From: an uncultured Flavobacteriaceae bacterium
GTDB lineage: Bacteria > Bacteroidota > Bacteroidia > Flavobacteriales > Flavobacteriaceae
Reading direction: 5' to 3'
Assembly: GCA_964390865.1 (NCBI GenBank)
Contig: CAYMKR010000002.1
Span: forward strand, 840-64,839
Length of the DNA stretch: 64,000 nucleotides
Made by a program: the position numbers and the translations under genes. Under the pieces are notes generated by a model that saw only the letters and a program-made list of their open reading frames with translations, had not been told where the DNA came from and did no database searches. Each line of letters starts with the position of its first letter. Position 1 is the first letter of the stretch. This document shows, in pieces, positions 51,081-61,562 of this stretch.

Positions 51081-52511
51081 TTAATGGAGTTTCAAAAGAG
51101 GAACTGGCTTCGCAACATAGCCTGCAGAACGCGAATTTGGAGCAACGAGATCTTCATCTCCTATATAACTTTTAGCCATTTTTTTGAAGACTTCAATTTT
51201 CTTAACGGTATCCGGATATGTTACTGATAGTTCATTTTCTTCGCTGACATCATTTTTTATATTGAATAATTTCATTCCCACTTTTTTCGTTTTTAGATTC
51301 CACATATTCTTGTGAAAATCATTTTGTAGATATAATTTCCAATCTGATGTTCTAATGGCTTGAAGTTGATCTAATTGATAATAGGCAAAAAAGGCATGTG
51401 GCGTTTTTGCCTTTTCGGGATCCGTAAACAATGGCCATATATCCTGTCCATCAATCACCACATTGGGGAGTTCGCAGTCTACTAAATTGGCAATAGTAGG
51501 ATAGAAATCCATCATTGTTGCTAATTCTTTACACTGTTTACCTTCAGCAATTTTACCCGGCCAGTTTACAATCATGGGAACGCGCATGCCACCTTCGAAG
51601 ACCGTGCCTTTATATCCTTTTAAAGGCGCGTTTGAACGTTCAACTGGTCGACCAGGAGCTCCATTATCAGAGGTGAATACTACAATTGTATTTTCCCTAA
51701 GATTCAATCTGTCGAGCGTTTCAAGTACTTGTTTAGTAGACCAATCTATTTCTTCAATGACATCTCCCAAAATTCCGTTTTCCGATTTTCCCTTAAACTG
51801 AGGGCTTGCGAAAAGTGGGCTATGCGGCATGGTATGAGACAGCATTACAAAGAAGGGTTCATCTTTGTTTTCTTCAATAAATTTTATGGTTTCTTCGGTA
51901 TATCTTTTGGTAATAGTTTCTTGAACAACCGGAGCTTCAATAACAGTTTCATTTCTAAGCAAAGGTATTTCTGGGTGTTCGTAAATCTTTCGATGTGCTC
52001 GAATATCACTTCCAGGACCAGTATCATTGCTATAAGGTATACCGTAGAAATAGTCAAAACCTTGATTGGTTGGCAAAAATTCTTTTTGATCACCTAAATG
52101 CCATTTTCCAATCAATGCTGTATTATAATCTTTTTGTTTAAGGAGTTCGGCAATGGTTATCTCTTTTGGATTTAGCCCCATTTCATCAACAGGAAAACAA
52201 ACACATTCTCCGCGATAATTCATATCCATTCCAATACGAATTGGGTAGCTTCCGGTCATCAAAGCTGCTCTCGACGGTGTACACAATCCACTAGCTGCAT
52301 AAAAATCTGTAAATAGAACTCCTTCTTTTGCTAATTTATCAATTGTTGGTGTACGATTAAGCTCATTACCATAGCAGCCTAAATCGCCATATCCTAAATC
52401 GTCACAAAGAATGAATACAATATTAGGTGGTTTTTCTTGTGAATATCCTTTTTGTATTGTTAGGAAAAAGAGAAAAATTATTAAACTGCCAATAAATCTA
52501 ATTTTGAGCAT
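51081..52511 (-). CDS. Sulfatase, arylsulfatase A/GALNS-like
   Basis: PNIVFILCDDLGYGD, LCTPSRAALMTG, GKWHLG, GIPYSND and MPHSP motifs. Confidence 0.95.
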   Translation of the reverse strand: MLKIRFIGSLIIFLFFLTIQKGYSQEKPPNIVFILCDDLGYGDLGCYGNELNRTPTIDKLAKEGVLFTDFYAASGLCTPSRAALMTGSYPIRIGMDMNYRGECVCFPVDEMGLNPKEITIAELLKQKDYNTALIGKWHLGDQKEFLPTNQGFDYFYGIPYSNDTGPGSDIRAHRKIYEHPEIPLLRNETVIEAPVVQETITKRYTEETIKFIEENKDEPFFVMLSHTMPHSPLFASPQFKGKSENGILGDVIEEIDWSTKQVLETLDRLNLRENTIVVFTSDNGAPGRPVERSNAPLKGYKGTVFEGGMRVPMIVNWPGKIAEGKQCKELATMMDFYPTIANLVDCELPNVVIDGQDIWPLFTDPEKAKTPHAFFAYYQLDQLQAIRTSDWKLYLQNDFHKNMWNLKTKKVGMKLFNIKNDVSEENELSVTYPDTVKKIEVFKKMAKSYIGDEDLVAPNSRSAGYVAKPVPLLKLH

Positions 52512-52574
52512 GCTATTTTTAAATTATTTAATATTTCTAATTTGTTTCTTGATACATTTTTTCATTTGCTATTC

Positions 52575-55172
52575 TTATTTTATTGCATATAAGTAACCAT
52601 TTTTGATCAAAGCAAAAACTTTATTACCATAAATGGATGGGACACTTTCTAACATGATACCACCAACATGTGTTTTCCAGATCACCTCGCCCGTTTTAGG
52701 ATTCAGGCACGTTAAAAATGGATCCGCAGATGATCCGAAAATTATTTTATTTTTAGTTAATACAGGTGATGTCAATCCACCACCCCCTTTGTATTCCCAA
52801 AGTAGTTCTCCTCCGTTTGAGAAGTCATTAAAAGCATATATGGTGGCGTTATATGGCAAACTGGTAACTTGCCTTATGGCAGATCCAAAGATCATATTAT
52901 CCATAGCAGCAATGGTTCCATTTTGTAGCCAGCCGGGTTTAACAGCCCATTCCCAATCTATTTTTCCTGTATGTTTATTGATTGCAGCGATACGGGATCC
53001 TGCTTTTTGAACATATAAGTGATTTTTATGCAAAACAGGTGCAGCAGAATCTGGCAATCCTCCATCAATACCTTCTGGTTGTGTTTTTCTACGCCATAAC
53101 AATTCACCTGTTAATTGATCAAAAGCAAAATAGTATCCGGACCAGGATCCAGTATAGACAACATTCCCTTCAGTAATTGGGTTGCAATACACACCAGGAG
53201 GCCATCCATGATGACTTCCTTTTAAGGATTTGTTTTCATCTGGAGTGTTTTTTGCCGTGAAGTAATTCCATAATTTTTTTCCAGTGTTTGGATCTAGCGC
53301 AAAGAAATCACCGTTCATATTTCCAAGAAATATCATTCCGTTGTCGTAAGCAGCACTGATCCAAACTGATCCTAATTCTTGTGAAGTCCAAATGGGTTTA
53401 CCAGTGTTTTTATCCAGTGCGAAATACGTTCCGAAACTCTCATAAGTTTGACCAACAAATACTTTACCTTCTGCCACAGTGGGAGAAGGGGAGCAACTGC
53501 TTTTAGTTTCAAACTTCCACAGTTCTTTTCCTGTTTCTGTGTCTACGGCATTGACAAATCCATCAGGACTGGCAATATATAAAATGCCATCAACAATGGT
53601 AGGAGAACTCTGTTGACCAGAGATTTCACCAGCAGCAAAAAACTTTCCATTTACCCAAGTACCGTCTAATTGACTGTGAAGCCATTGTGTTTTTCCAGTG
53701 TTTGGATCCACAGAGGTGAGCATCATATTGCGGTCGCTAAATAGAACCCCTTGTTTGTTACCTACCAAATCAGCAGTAAAACCATGATCACTTATTTTCT
53801 CTTTCCAAATAAGTGAAGGTGTTTTTTTGGAAATATCTAAAGCATATCCTATACCAGATAAATCTGCAATGAAAATGGTTTTATCAACTATTATTGGTCT
53901 TGACCTATTCCAATCCTGAGTTTCAAACTCCCATAATTTTTTTCCACTTTTCCCATCCAAACAATAGATAAATTTGTCTGCGCTCCCTATATATAAATAT
54001 CCGTCTTCAGCAATAGCCGAACCAAAAAAATCATAGGCACGTGGTTCCTCTTTATCGGATTTGAATCGCCAAACTTCGTTTCCTGATTCTGATTCTAAAG
54101 CAATCAATAATCCAGACTTAAATCCTACAAGTACCTTATCATCGGCATAAGAGATATTACCTCTAATTGTTGCATTGAATGATTTTTCCCAAAGAACAGC
54201 GCCATTCTGTTTATTAACTTTATAGCATGTATTTTTAGTAGAAGTTACGAATACCGCATTATTTGTGCTGGCTGGTTGGCCGGTAACTTCCCCTTTGGGT
54301 TTAAAACTCCATATTTGATTACCAGTATCTGAATCGTTACAACTTATAACATTATTAAAAATATTGACAATGGATTCGGAATTGGTTGCATTGTTAATTC
54401 CAGTGTAATACCGCTTTGAGAACTCTTTTTTTCCCGTTTCTAAATTAAATCTGTTAAGTTTAGAACCCGTTCTAACAATCAAACTATTGTCAACTATTTG
54501 CGGTGTTTTTTTGGCACCTGGGCTCGTATAATAACTTGCTGAGTTAGTCCTTCCTTTCCAAATTACATCTCCTGTTTTTTGATTTAAACAATAGGCTATT
54601 ACATCCGTACCTGCACCTGCCGTGTATACTTTTCCATCGAGTAAAAGAGCATTTGCATTCCATCCGTTTGTCTTCGGGAATTTCCAAACGATCTCACCTG
54701 TTTCTGGTCCTTTGTCAGGGCTGTATCCATTTTGTGAGCCATTTACTCCATGATAAACTGGCCAATTAATGGTGCTTGATGATTGAGTTGAAGCTTTACC
54801 TTTTACTTCTTTAATAAATATAGGATTGGCAATAATATGTTCCAAAGTTGCAAATCCATTGTCTATAACTCCGTATACCATTTTATTATCGTTACTCAAA
54901 ATGATTAAATCATTTGCAAATGAATCGAAAGATGACATATCCATTCCTTGACGCCTTAACAAACGCCATAAACGGTACAAAGCTGCACGTCTTTCTTTAA
55001 CATTCCTTTCAATCGTTGGATTGTTCTTTACTGTCTTTCTTAATTGGTCTAATTCGGCATGCCAAGAGCCAACAATCGTATCATTTCCTATTGAAGTATC
55101 GCTCTGGAAGGGATAACAATGACAGGCGAACAATAAAATAAAAACTGTGATATGGATTCTTTTCAATTTCAT
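52575..55172 (-). CDS. Secreted PQQ-binding-like beta-propeller repeat protein, 865 aa
   Basis: Repeated A.D..TGK.LW blades; colinear with the 909-aa paralog, including the KER...LY......QG N-terminal motif. Confidence 0.85.
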   Translation of the reverse strand: MKLKRIHITVFILLFACHCYPFQSDTSIGNDTIVGSWHAELDQLRKTVKNNPTIERNVKERRAALYRLWRLLRRQGMDMSSFDSFANDLIILSNDNKMVYGVIDNGFATLEHIIANPIFIKEVKGKASTQSSSTINWPVYHGVNGSQNGYSPDKGPETGEIVWKFPKTNGWNANALLLDGKVYTAGAGTDVIAYCLNQKTGDVIWKGRTNSASYYTSPGAKKTPQIVDNSLIVRTGSKLNRFNLETGKKEFSKRYYTGINNATNSESIVNIFNNVISCNDSDTGNQIWSFKPKGEVTGQPASTNNAVFVTSTKNTCYKVNKQNGAVLWEKSFNATIRGNISYADDKVLVGFKSGLLIALESESGNEVWRFKSDKEEPRAYDFFGSAIAEDGYLYIGSADKFIYCLDGKSGKKLWEFETQDWNRSRPIIVDKTIFIADLSGIGYALDISKKTPSLIWKEKISDHGFTADLVGNKQGVLFSDRNMMLTSVDPNTGKTQWLHSQLDGTWVNGKFFAAGEISGQQSSPTIVDGILYIASPDGFVNAVDTETGKELWKFETKSSCSPSPTVAEGKVFVGQTYESFGTYFALDKNTGKPIWTSQELGSVWISAAYDNGMIFLGNMNGDFFALDPNTGKKLWNYFTAKNTPDENKSLKGSHHGWPPGVYCNPITEGNVVYTGSWSGYYFAFDQLTGELLWRRKTQPEGIDGGLPDSAAPVLHKNHLYVQKAGSRIAAINKHTGKIDWEWAVKPGWLQNGTIAAMDNMIFGSAIRQVTSLPYNATIYAFNDFSNGGELLWEYKGGGGLTSPVLTKNKIIFGSSADPFLTCLNPKTGEVIWKTHVGGIMLESVPSIYGNKVFALIKNGYLYAIK

Positions 55173-55185
55173 AGTAGTCTAACTA

Positions 55186-56661
55186 TTATCGGCTGTATTT
55201 TTGATTACGAATTTTTTTTAATAGTTGTTTCATTTCCACAACCTTTTCAACACTGTCGTTAATAAGGTCATTAGTTTCATTCGGATCTATTTTGAGATTA
55301 TAAAGTTGTTCGTGAGCTTCTGCCAATCGCCGTGGGTGGTTTTTACCCTTTATAAAGGGAGGATTGGGATCTGCAATAATTCCTTCTATGTATTTCCATC
55401 CATCGACCTGAAAAGCCACAATTCCTTCAAAACTCGTGTAAATCATATGGTCTCGAATTGGTTTTGCTGGAGCACCAAATAATGCTGGATAAAAACTATA
55501 ACTATCGCCAGCTTCAACCTTTGGATCTTGCATGTCTTGATTTACTATTTCCAAAATAGTTGCGTAAATATCAACCAAATTGACCAATTCATTAGAGGTA
55601 CTTTCTGGCTCAATTCTATCTGGCCACTTTACAATAAATGGTACACGAAACCCACCGTCAAACACGGAAAGTTTGGTGCCTCGAAAGTCACCATTGATTT
55701 TAAGTCCAGCATCAATTGCATCTTTTGCACCAGCGGGATGCCCTCCGTTATCAGAAGTAAAAATAACTATGGTGTTGTCTGTAAAATTGTTTCGTTCTAA
55801 GGCTTTTAAAACAGAACCTACTGAAGCATCTAATTCCATGATATAATCGCTGTAAACACCCCCATTACTGGCTCCAACAAATGATTTAGATGGGGTAAGT
55901 GGTGCGTGTATGGCTGGCATAGGATAATATAAAAAGAATGGTTTCTCTTCTGATTGGGCATCCATCCATTCGTCAATACGTTTATTCAAAGTACTCGTTG
56001 TTTCCGTATTGGCACGATAAGGAGCAGGTATTCCCATCATTGGCTTACCTTTCCAATTGGTTTTTGGCTGCCTTTGCTGAGGTGGTAAATCATCCATAGA
56101 ATCTACCAATCCATAGGTGTGATCGTTTTCTACCCAAATTCCAGAAAGGTCACCGTTATTACTTGGAACTCCCCAATGATAATCGAATCCTAAATCCAAA
56201 GGACCTGGAGTTAATGGTCTGGTATAGTTGGTTGGATTTTTACTTTGATAACCAAGATGCCATTTACCAATAGCAGCTGTATTGTAACCCAATGCTTTTA
56301 GTCGTGATGCAATAGTGGACCTCTCTGTATCTATTGACAACGCGCTTTTAACTCCTGACACACCATATTTTTTACCATCTCGCCATTGATACTGTCCAGT
56401 GAGTAAACCATAACGAGTTGGAGAACAAACAGATGACGGGGTGTAGGCATTGGTGAATTTTCGACCTTCCAGAGCTAATTTGTCTATGGCATGGGTTTTA
56501 AGAACGTTTGTGTCACACCCATATGCTCCTGAGCTTCCGTATCCAAGATCATCAGCAAGGATAATTACAATATTAGGAAGTTTTTCTTGTGAATAACTTT
56601 CGCTTGCAGAAAGCATCAAAATGCAAAAAATAAAAAAACGAGAAAATATATCTTTCACCAT
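55186..56661 (-). CDS. Arylsulfatase (paralog of 45161-46651)
   Basis: PNIVIILADDLGYG, VCSPTRYGLLTG, GKWHLG, AIHAP and TSDNGG motifs. Confidence 0.95.
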   Translation of the reverse strand: MVKDIFSRFFIFCILMLSASESYSQEKLPNIVIILADDLGYGSSGAYGCDTNVLKTHAIDKLALEGRKFTNAYTPSSVCSPTRYGLLTGQYQWRDGKKYGVSGVKSALSIDTERSTIASRLKALGYNTAAIGKWHLGYQSKNPTNYTRPLTPGPLDLGFDYHWGVPSNNGDLSGIWVENDHTYGLVDSMDDLPPQQRQPKTNWKGKPMMGIPAPYRANTETTSTLNKRIDEWMDAQSEEKPFFLYYPMPAIHAPLTPSKSFVGASNGGVYSDYIMELDASVGSVLKALERNNFTDNTIVIFTSDNGGHPAGAKDAIDAGLKINGDFRGTKLSVFDGGFRVPFIVKWPDRIEPESTSNELVNLVDIYATILEIVNQDMQDPKVEAGDSYSFYPALFGAPAKPIRDHMIYTSFEGIVAFQVDGWKYIEGIIADPNPPFIKGKNHPRRLAEAHEQLYNLKIDPNETNDLINDSVEKVVEMKQLLKKIRNQKYSR

Positions 56662-56681
56662 AAGTAATCCTCTAATTTCAA

Positions 56682-58043
56682 TTAATAAAGATGATCAAAA
56701 AACGTATAATAACTTTCTTGATTTATTTTATGCGCTAAAAAACATAGTTCTACCATATGATAATCACCCCACATACTTGACTCATTAGCAGGTACTTTTT
56801 GACCTTCAGGAATATGATCCCAACCATTGGGCCAATGATAAACGGAATGTTTTAATATACCTTGATGGTCAGGCTCTACTGCGAGATAATCATCGGTCAA
56901 TAAGGTGCGTAAAGTTGTGAATCCGGCCTGTTCATATTTTTTAGCCTCGACAGGTTCTTTTTCTTTTAACAAATTTGAAAGCCTTAATAAGCCCTGAGCA
57001 GCTATTGCTGCAGCCGAGCTATCAATGGGTTCGTAATCGTTAATTATTTCTGCTTTACGGTCTTGGTACTTTCCTAAATAATGAATTTTAGGCGCTCCCG
57101 TATCCCAATAGGGAATCCCGTCTGATGAGGTGTTTTTGATATAAAAATCGCAGGTTGCTTTAGCTGCTTTTAAGAAACTCGCTTTAACAACTTCTATCCC
57201 TTCAAAATCGATAGACTCTTGATTTAGATATTCTAAGAATTCTGAAAAGCCAACCATTGCCCAAGCCAGTCCTCTGGTCCAGGTGGTAAACCCTGAAAAG
57301 CCCTGTTGTGAATTTGGACAGCGGTAATTCCCATCATTCGTATTAAAAATGGACTCGTGTGCTACACGTCCCCAAGTATCGTAAGTATCTCTTCCTTCAC
57401 CATAAAAAACAGCATATTTAGCAGTAGTCATTCCATGGGTTACTGCTTTTTGCAGTAAATCTATTTGTTTGTCATTTTCGTCTAAGAGTCGATGTCCTAA
57501 CTTATGGGTCGCTAATAATATTCTAGTTGTTCGAATGGTATCTATAAACAAGGAATGTGGACCGTTAAACGAATAAATAAACCCGCCATCTTTTACATCA
57601 GTCCAGCGCTTAGATTGTACAGAACCAGACATTGATATGGCCAATTTATAATAGTCTTTTTCTTCTTTACTCGCATCCAATATATTTTGATTGGCCATAC
57701 GCAATAAATTTCCGTAGGTACTCAAATTATTAAAACCATGATCATGCACTCCAAAATGACTTAAATGGTGTGCCATATTTGCTATGGTATTCTCTTTTCC
57801 AAGATGTAGCATTTCTTTATTTCCGGTTGCTTCCGCAATTAATAAAGGAATACCATATTGAAAACCCTGAGTCCATTCTGTCCAACCTCTTGTTGTATAT
57901 TCTCCATTTACGGTAAATACCGGAGCCCCCTTAGATGTATCATATACTTTGTTAAGTGCTTCAGTCTTATTGCTGGCAAGATTCCAAAAATCATCTAAAG
58001 ATTTTTTTAGATCTGAACCTTTTATATGAGTATCTATAATCAT
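56682..58043 (-). CDS. GH88-like unsaturated glucuronyl hydrolase, cytoplasmic
   Basis: WTQGF, HDHGF, FIDT, WTRGLAWA, IPYWD, DSSAAAIAA and WGDY motifs; no signal peptide. Confidence 0.85.
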   Translation of the reverse strand: MIIDTHIKGSDLKKSLDDFWNLASNKTEALNKVYDTSKGAPVFTVNGEYTTRGWTEWTQGFQYGIPLLIAEATGNKEMLHLGKENTIANMAHHLSHFGVHDHGFNNLSTYGNLLRMANQNILDASKEEKDYYKLAISMSGSVQSKRWTDVKDGGFIYSFNGPHSLFIDTIRTTRILLATHKLGHRLLDENDKQIDLLQKAVTHGMTTAKYAVFYGEGRDTYDTWGRVAHESIFNTNDGNYRCPNSQQGFSGFTTWTRGLAWAMVGFSEFLEYLNQESIDFEGIEVVKASFLKAAKATCDFYIKNTSSDGIPYWDTGAPKIHYLGKYQDRKAEIINDYEPIDSSAAAIAAQGLLRLSNLLKEKEPVEAKKYEQAGFTTLRTLLTDDYLAVEPDHQGILKHSVYHWPNGWDHIPEGQKVPANESSMWGDYHMVELCFLAHKINQESYYTFFDHLY

Positions 58044-58060
58044 GTAATATTGTTTCTTAT

Positions 58061-58768
58061 TTAGTCGTCCTGCTGAGAAATTTTTACCGCTAGTACGTCA
58101 AAATCAACATCAGATCCAGAAGTTGTTCTTGTGGCATCCATAAGTGCTGTTTTTGCCAAGGCATAAGCGATCGGTTTCATTCCTATTAAGGTATTCATAA
58201 AATCTTGCACACCTTTTTCATTTACCACGCGCGTTACCAAACCAATTTGTAAGGCCTGATTAGCATCCAGTCGTTCACAAAGTAAAATAATTCTTTTTGC
58301 ATTTGCTTCGCCAACCAACCGTCTCACTCTAGTCATTCCTCCCCAACCGGGTAACCAACCATTGGAAACTTCTGGAGAACTTAGAATCGCGGTAGGAGTT
58401 GCCAGTCTGAAGTCGCAGGCTAATGCGAGTTCAAGCCCTCCTCCCATAGCATATCCATTGATAAAAGTGACTGTAGGCTTACCAATCGTTTCAATTTTAT
58501 TATTGACGTCATTCCCTAATTCTATCCAACGTTTTACTTCATGATCTTTTAGTGTTTCAAACTCTTTAATGTTGGCTCCTGTTGAAAATGCTCTGTCTCC
58601 GGCACCTCTAAATAGGATGGCTTTTACCTCATTATTTTCTTTTGCAGAATCAATGGCATTGTTTAATCCTTCGAGCATTTCGAAGCCTATACAATTCATT
58701 TTTTGAGGATAATTGAGGGTTAAGGTTAATAGTCCCTCATTTAAATTTGTGATGATAAAATCTGTCAT
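58061..58768 (-). CDS. Enoyl-CoA hydratase/isomerase (crotonase) family protein
   Basis: RAFSTGANI, GGGLELALACD and PEVSNGWLPGWGG (both catalytic Glu present). Confidence 0.93.
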   Translation of the reverse strand: MTDFIITNLNEGLLTLTLNYPQKMNCIGFEMLEGLNNAIDSAKENNEVKAILFRGAGDRAFSTGANIKEFETLKDHEVKRWIELGNDVNNKIETIGKPTVTFINGYAMGGGLELALACDFRLATPTAILSSPEVSNGWLPGWGGMTRVRRLVGEANAKRIILLCERLDANQALQIGLVTRVVNEKGVQDFMNTLIGMKPIAYALAKTALMDATRTTSGSDVDFDVLAVKISQQDD

Positions 58769-60327
58769 AGACTAACTTCTTTTTGCAATAATCCTAATTT
58801 GCAATATTTAAAAATGTTGGCATCATAGATTTTTATAGAGCCATCGATAATTGGCATAAAATCCATCATATCTAAAACATCCTTTTGCAGATCTACTCCT
58901 GGCGCAATCTCTTTGAGTTGCAAGCCTTTGGTGGTTAGTTGAAAAAGCGCTCGTTCGGTTACATACAGCACTTCCTGTTTGTTATCCAGTGCATATTCGC
59001 TGGAAAACGTAATTTGCTCTACGTCATTAATGAATTTATTAAATTTACCGGGATGCTTAATTTCAAGTCCTTCTTCTGTAATTTCTTGTTGTGATTTTAC
59101 CGCAAAGGAACCACAGAACACTACTTTTTTGGCATTTTGTGAAATGTCTATAAATCCACCACAACCTGTTAATATATTTCCAAATCGACTTGAATTCACA
59201 TTTCCAAATTGGTCAATTTGAGCAAAACCTAAGAAGGTGATATCTAATCCACCGCCTTGAAAGAAATCAAACTGATAGCCATCATCAATAATAGAGGATG
59301 GATTGTACATGGCCCCAAAATTTAAACCTGTAGTTGGAATTCCTCCTGAGGGACCTTGTTCAATCATAAAAGTAAGTTTGCTCGCAATGCCTTCTTCTTG
59401 AGCTACAATAGGTACACCGTCAGCCATCCCATAGCCTAAATTTACAAAAGTACCCTCCTGAAGCTCTAGGGAGGCTCTTCGCATAATAATCCGCTTTAAT
59501 CCTCCCAATTTCAAATCTTCAGAGGTATATGCTTCTTTTCTATCTACCAGCGCTTTATCAAAAGAAGAAATAAAAGTCATCTCCTGAGTTTCATCCTGCA
59601 CTACATAATCAATAAATATCCCTGGTACTTTTACCCTTCCTGGATCACAATTAGATTCATTAATATTTTTAACCTGAGCAATTACGATACCTCCATTTAC
59701 CTTCGCAGCTTGTGCAATAGACAGCATAGAGAAAAACCCAACTTCTTCTTCCATGGTTAAATTGCCTTCCACATCAATTGAGGTTCCCCTAATAATTGCA
59801 ACATCTACTTTTAATGATGGGTAAAAAAGATAATCTTCATTGATTAAGGTTACGTGAGAAACAAAATCTTCAGTAGTAATACTATTGATTTTTCCACCTT
59901 CTATATGTGGGTCTACAAAAGTTTTTAAACCAACTTTAGTAATAACACCTGGTTTACCGGATGCACTGGCGCGCATTAAATGACTTAGCACTCCTTGAGG
60001 TAAATTGTATCCTTTTATTTTATTTTCTTTAGCTAAAGCTGACATTTTTGGAGCATTACCCCAAAACCCACCAATATTGGTATCGATCAAGCCTTCCAAG
60101 GCTACATGATTTAATCCCTTAGAATCATTATCTCCAATGCCACAAGGATGAACTGTTTTAAGATTCTTTGGACTACCCGTATTTTTGAATCGTTCTCCCA
60201 AATACGCCATCACTTTATCCGGTACAGCATGTCCTGCGCCTGCACCGCCAAAAACCACAGTATCTCCATCGTTAATATGGCTGACTGCTTTTGTTGCTGA
60301 TACTATTTGAAATTTAGTTACTTTCAC
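58765..60327 (-). CDS. Acyl-CoA:acetate/3-ketoacid CoA transferase (family I, YdiF/propionate CoA-transferase-like)
   Basis: YNLPQG, TKVGL.TFVDP, VNLGYG, IEQG (catalytic Glu), QFDFFQGGGLD, GNVNSS and GCGGFIDISQ motifs; GTG start. Confidence 0.93.
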   Translation of the reverse strand: MKVTKFQIVSATKAVSHINDGDTVVFGGAGAGHAVPDKVMAYLGERFKNTGSPKNLKTVHPCGIGDNDSKGLNHVALEGLIDTNIGGFWGNAPKMSALAKENKIKGYNLPQGVLSHLMRASASGKPGVITKVGLKTFVDPHIEGGKINSITTEDFVSHVTLINEDYLFYPSLKVDVAIIRGTSIDVEGNLTMEEEVGFFSMLSIAQAAKVNGGIVIAQVKNINESNCDPGRVKVPGIFIDYVVQDETQEMTFISSFDKALVDRKEAYTSEDLKLGGLKRIIMRRASLELQEGTFVNLGYGMADGVPIVAQEEGIASKLTFMIEQGPSGGIPTTGLNFGAMYNPSSIIDDGYQFDFFQGGGLDITFLGFAQIDQFGNVNSSRFGNILTGCGGFIDISQNAKKVVFCGSFAVKSQQEITEEGLEIKHPGKFNKFINDVEQITFSSEYALDNKQEVLYVTERALFQLTTKGLQLKEIAPGVDLQKDVLDMMDFMPIIDGSIKIYDANIFKYCKLGLLQKEVSL

Positions 60328-60346
60328 TTCTATACTTGAATATATT

Positions 60347-60354
60347 CAAATGTA
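60347..60354 (-). promoter_or_regulatory. -7 promoter box of the CoA-transferase operon
   Basis: CAAATGTA on the plus strand is TACATTTG on the minus strand. Confidence 0.55.
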
Positions 60355-60366
60355 GTAAAAATTAAT

Positions 60367-60380
60367 ATTACACGTGTAAT
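60367..60380. promoter_or_regulatory. Probable LacI-family operator
   Basis: Perfect 14-bp palindrome ATTACACGTGTAAT with central CG, 12 bp upstream of the -7 box, next to a divergent LacI gene. Confidence 0.75.
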
Positions 60381-60498
60381 GTTTTTATAATTTTTTATAT
60401 CTTCACATCAAATTAACTGCTTCTTGGTTTTGATGATATAGGAATTATACGATAAGACTAGGTGCTCTTAGAATATTAAAAACTAAAAAAGATTTAAT

Positions 60499-60506
60499 TA
60501 TATTTG
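60499..60506 (+). promoter_or_regulatory. -7 promoter box of the LacI regulator gene
   Basis: TATATTTG about 30 bp before the TTG start. Confidence 0.5.
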
Positions 60507-60536
60507 ATTATAATCTTTTCTAAAAAAATTGTTTAA

Positions 60537-61553
60537 TTGAAAGTTAACCAACAGTATATAGCCAATCTACTTAAAATTTCAAGGGTAACGGTAACAAAGG
60601 CTCTTCAGGAACACCCGGATATTGCTAAAAGCACGGTAAAGAAAGTTAAAGAACTAGCAGATGAGCTGGGATATATTCCAAACATTGTAGGCAGAAACCT
60701 TTCAACTAAAAAGACAGGCACTATTGGGCTTATCGTACCAAAAATTAACCATTCTTTTTTTTCGACAATTATAGAGGAAATGTATACCAAGGCAAAGGTT
60801 TTAGGGTATCAAATTATATTGATGGTTTCCTTTGAGAACGAAGAATCAGAACTGGCCAATGTGAAATCCTTACTTTCTATGAATGTAGATGGTATTATTA
60901 TAGATTCTGTTTCTACTTCAGACAAAGACAAGTCATACGAATTAATTTTAAAACATAAGAAACCTTTAATTTATATCGATAGAAAACCGCGGTCTATAAA
61001 GAAGGTAGAAAGTATTGTTTTTGATGATTTCAATTTATCATATAAGCTTACAAAAGGCTTAATTGATAAAGGCTATAAGAATATAATGTGTATTACCGGA
61101 TCTCAAGAAATTAATATTTGCTACAACCGATTAACTGGATTTAAAGGGGCAATGAAAGAGTCAAAACTAGACATAAGAAAAGACACTGTTTTAATGGCTG
61201 GACTTGATAAGCACAGTGCCTTTGATGTTTTTGATAAGTACGTTGAAAGTAATTCCAAACTGCCAGATGCAGTTGTTTGCGTGAATGATTCTGTAGCTCT
61301 GGGAGTTTATAAAGCATGCAAAAAACATGACATTAATATTCCAGATGATATAGGTGTTATTGGCTTTGGACACGTAAGTGCTTCTAACTTAGTACAACCA
61401 CCACTTTCTACTGTAAAACTCAATTTACAAAAAGCAAGTTTCACTGCCGTTGAAAACTTAATCGCTCTTATAAACAACAAACCAGTTCGTAAAAACACTG
61501 TTATAGAAGGGGAAGTTATATTTAGAGAAAGTGTAAAACAAAAAAAGCATTAA
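60537..61553 (+). CDS. LacI family transcriptional regulator
   Basis: N-terminal HTH (IANLLKISRVTVTKAL), LGYIPN, VDGII, IPDDIGVIGF and PPLSTV motifs. Confidence 0.95.
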   Translation: MKVNQQYIANLLKISRVTVTKALQEHPDIAKSTVKKVKELADELGYIPNIVGRNLSTKKTGTIGLIVPKINHSFFSTIIEEMYTKAKVLGYQIILMVSFENEESELANVKSLLSMNVDGIIIDSVSTSDKDKSYELILKHKKPLIYIDRKPRSIKKVESIVFDDFNLSYKLTKGLIDKGYKNIMCITGSQEINICYNRLTGFKGAMKESKLDIRKDTVLMAGLDKHSAFDVFDKYVESNSKLPDAVVCVNDSVALGVYKACKKHDINIPDDIGVIGFGHVSASNLVQPPLSTVKLNLQKASFTAVENLIALINNKPVRKNTVIEGEVIFRESVKQKKH

Positions 61554-61562
61554 AACTTTATT

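Noticed and set aside
46672-55172. Calling the propeller proteins BamB, Ser/Thr kinases or PQQ alcohol dehydrogenases
   Set aside because: Size, multiplicity and context do not fit BamB; no kinase motifs or vicinal-Cys signature were seen.
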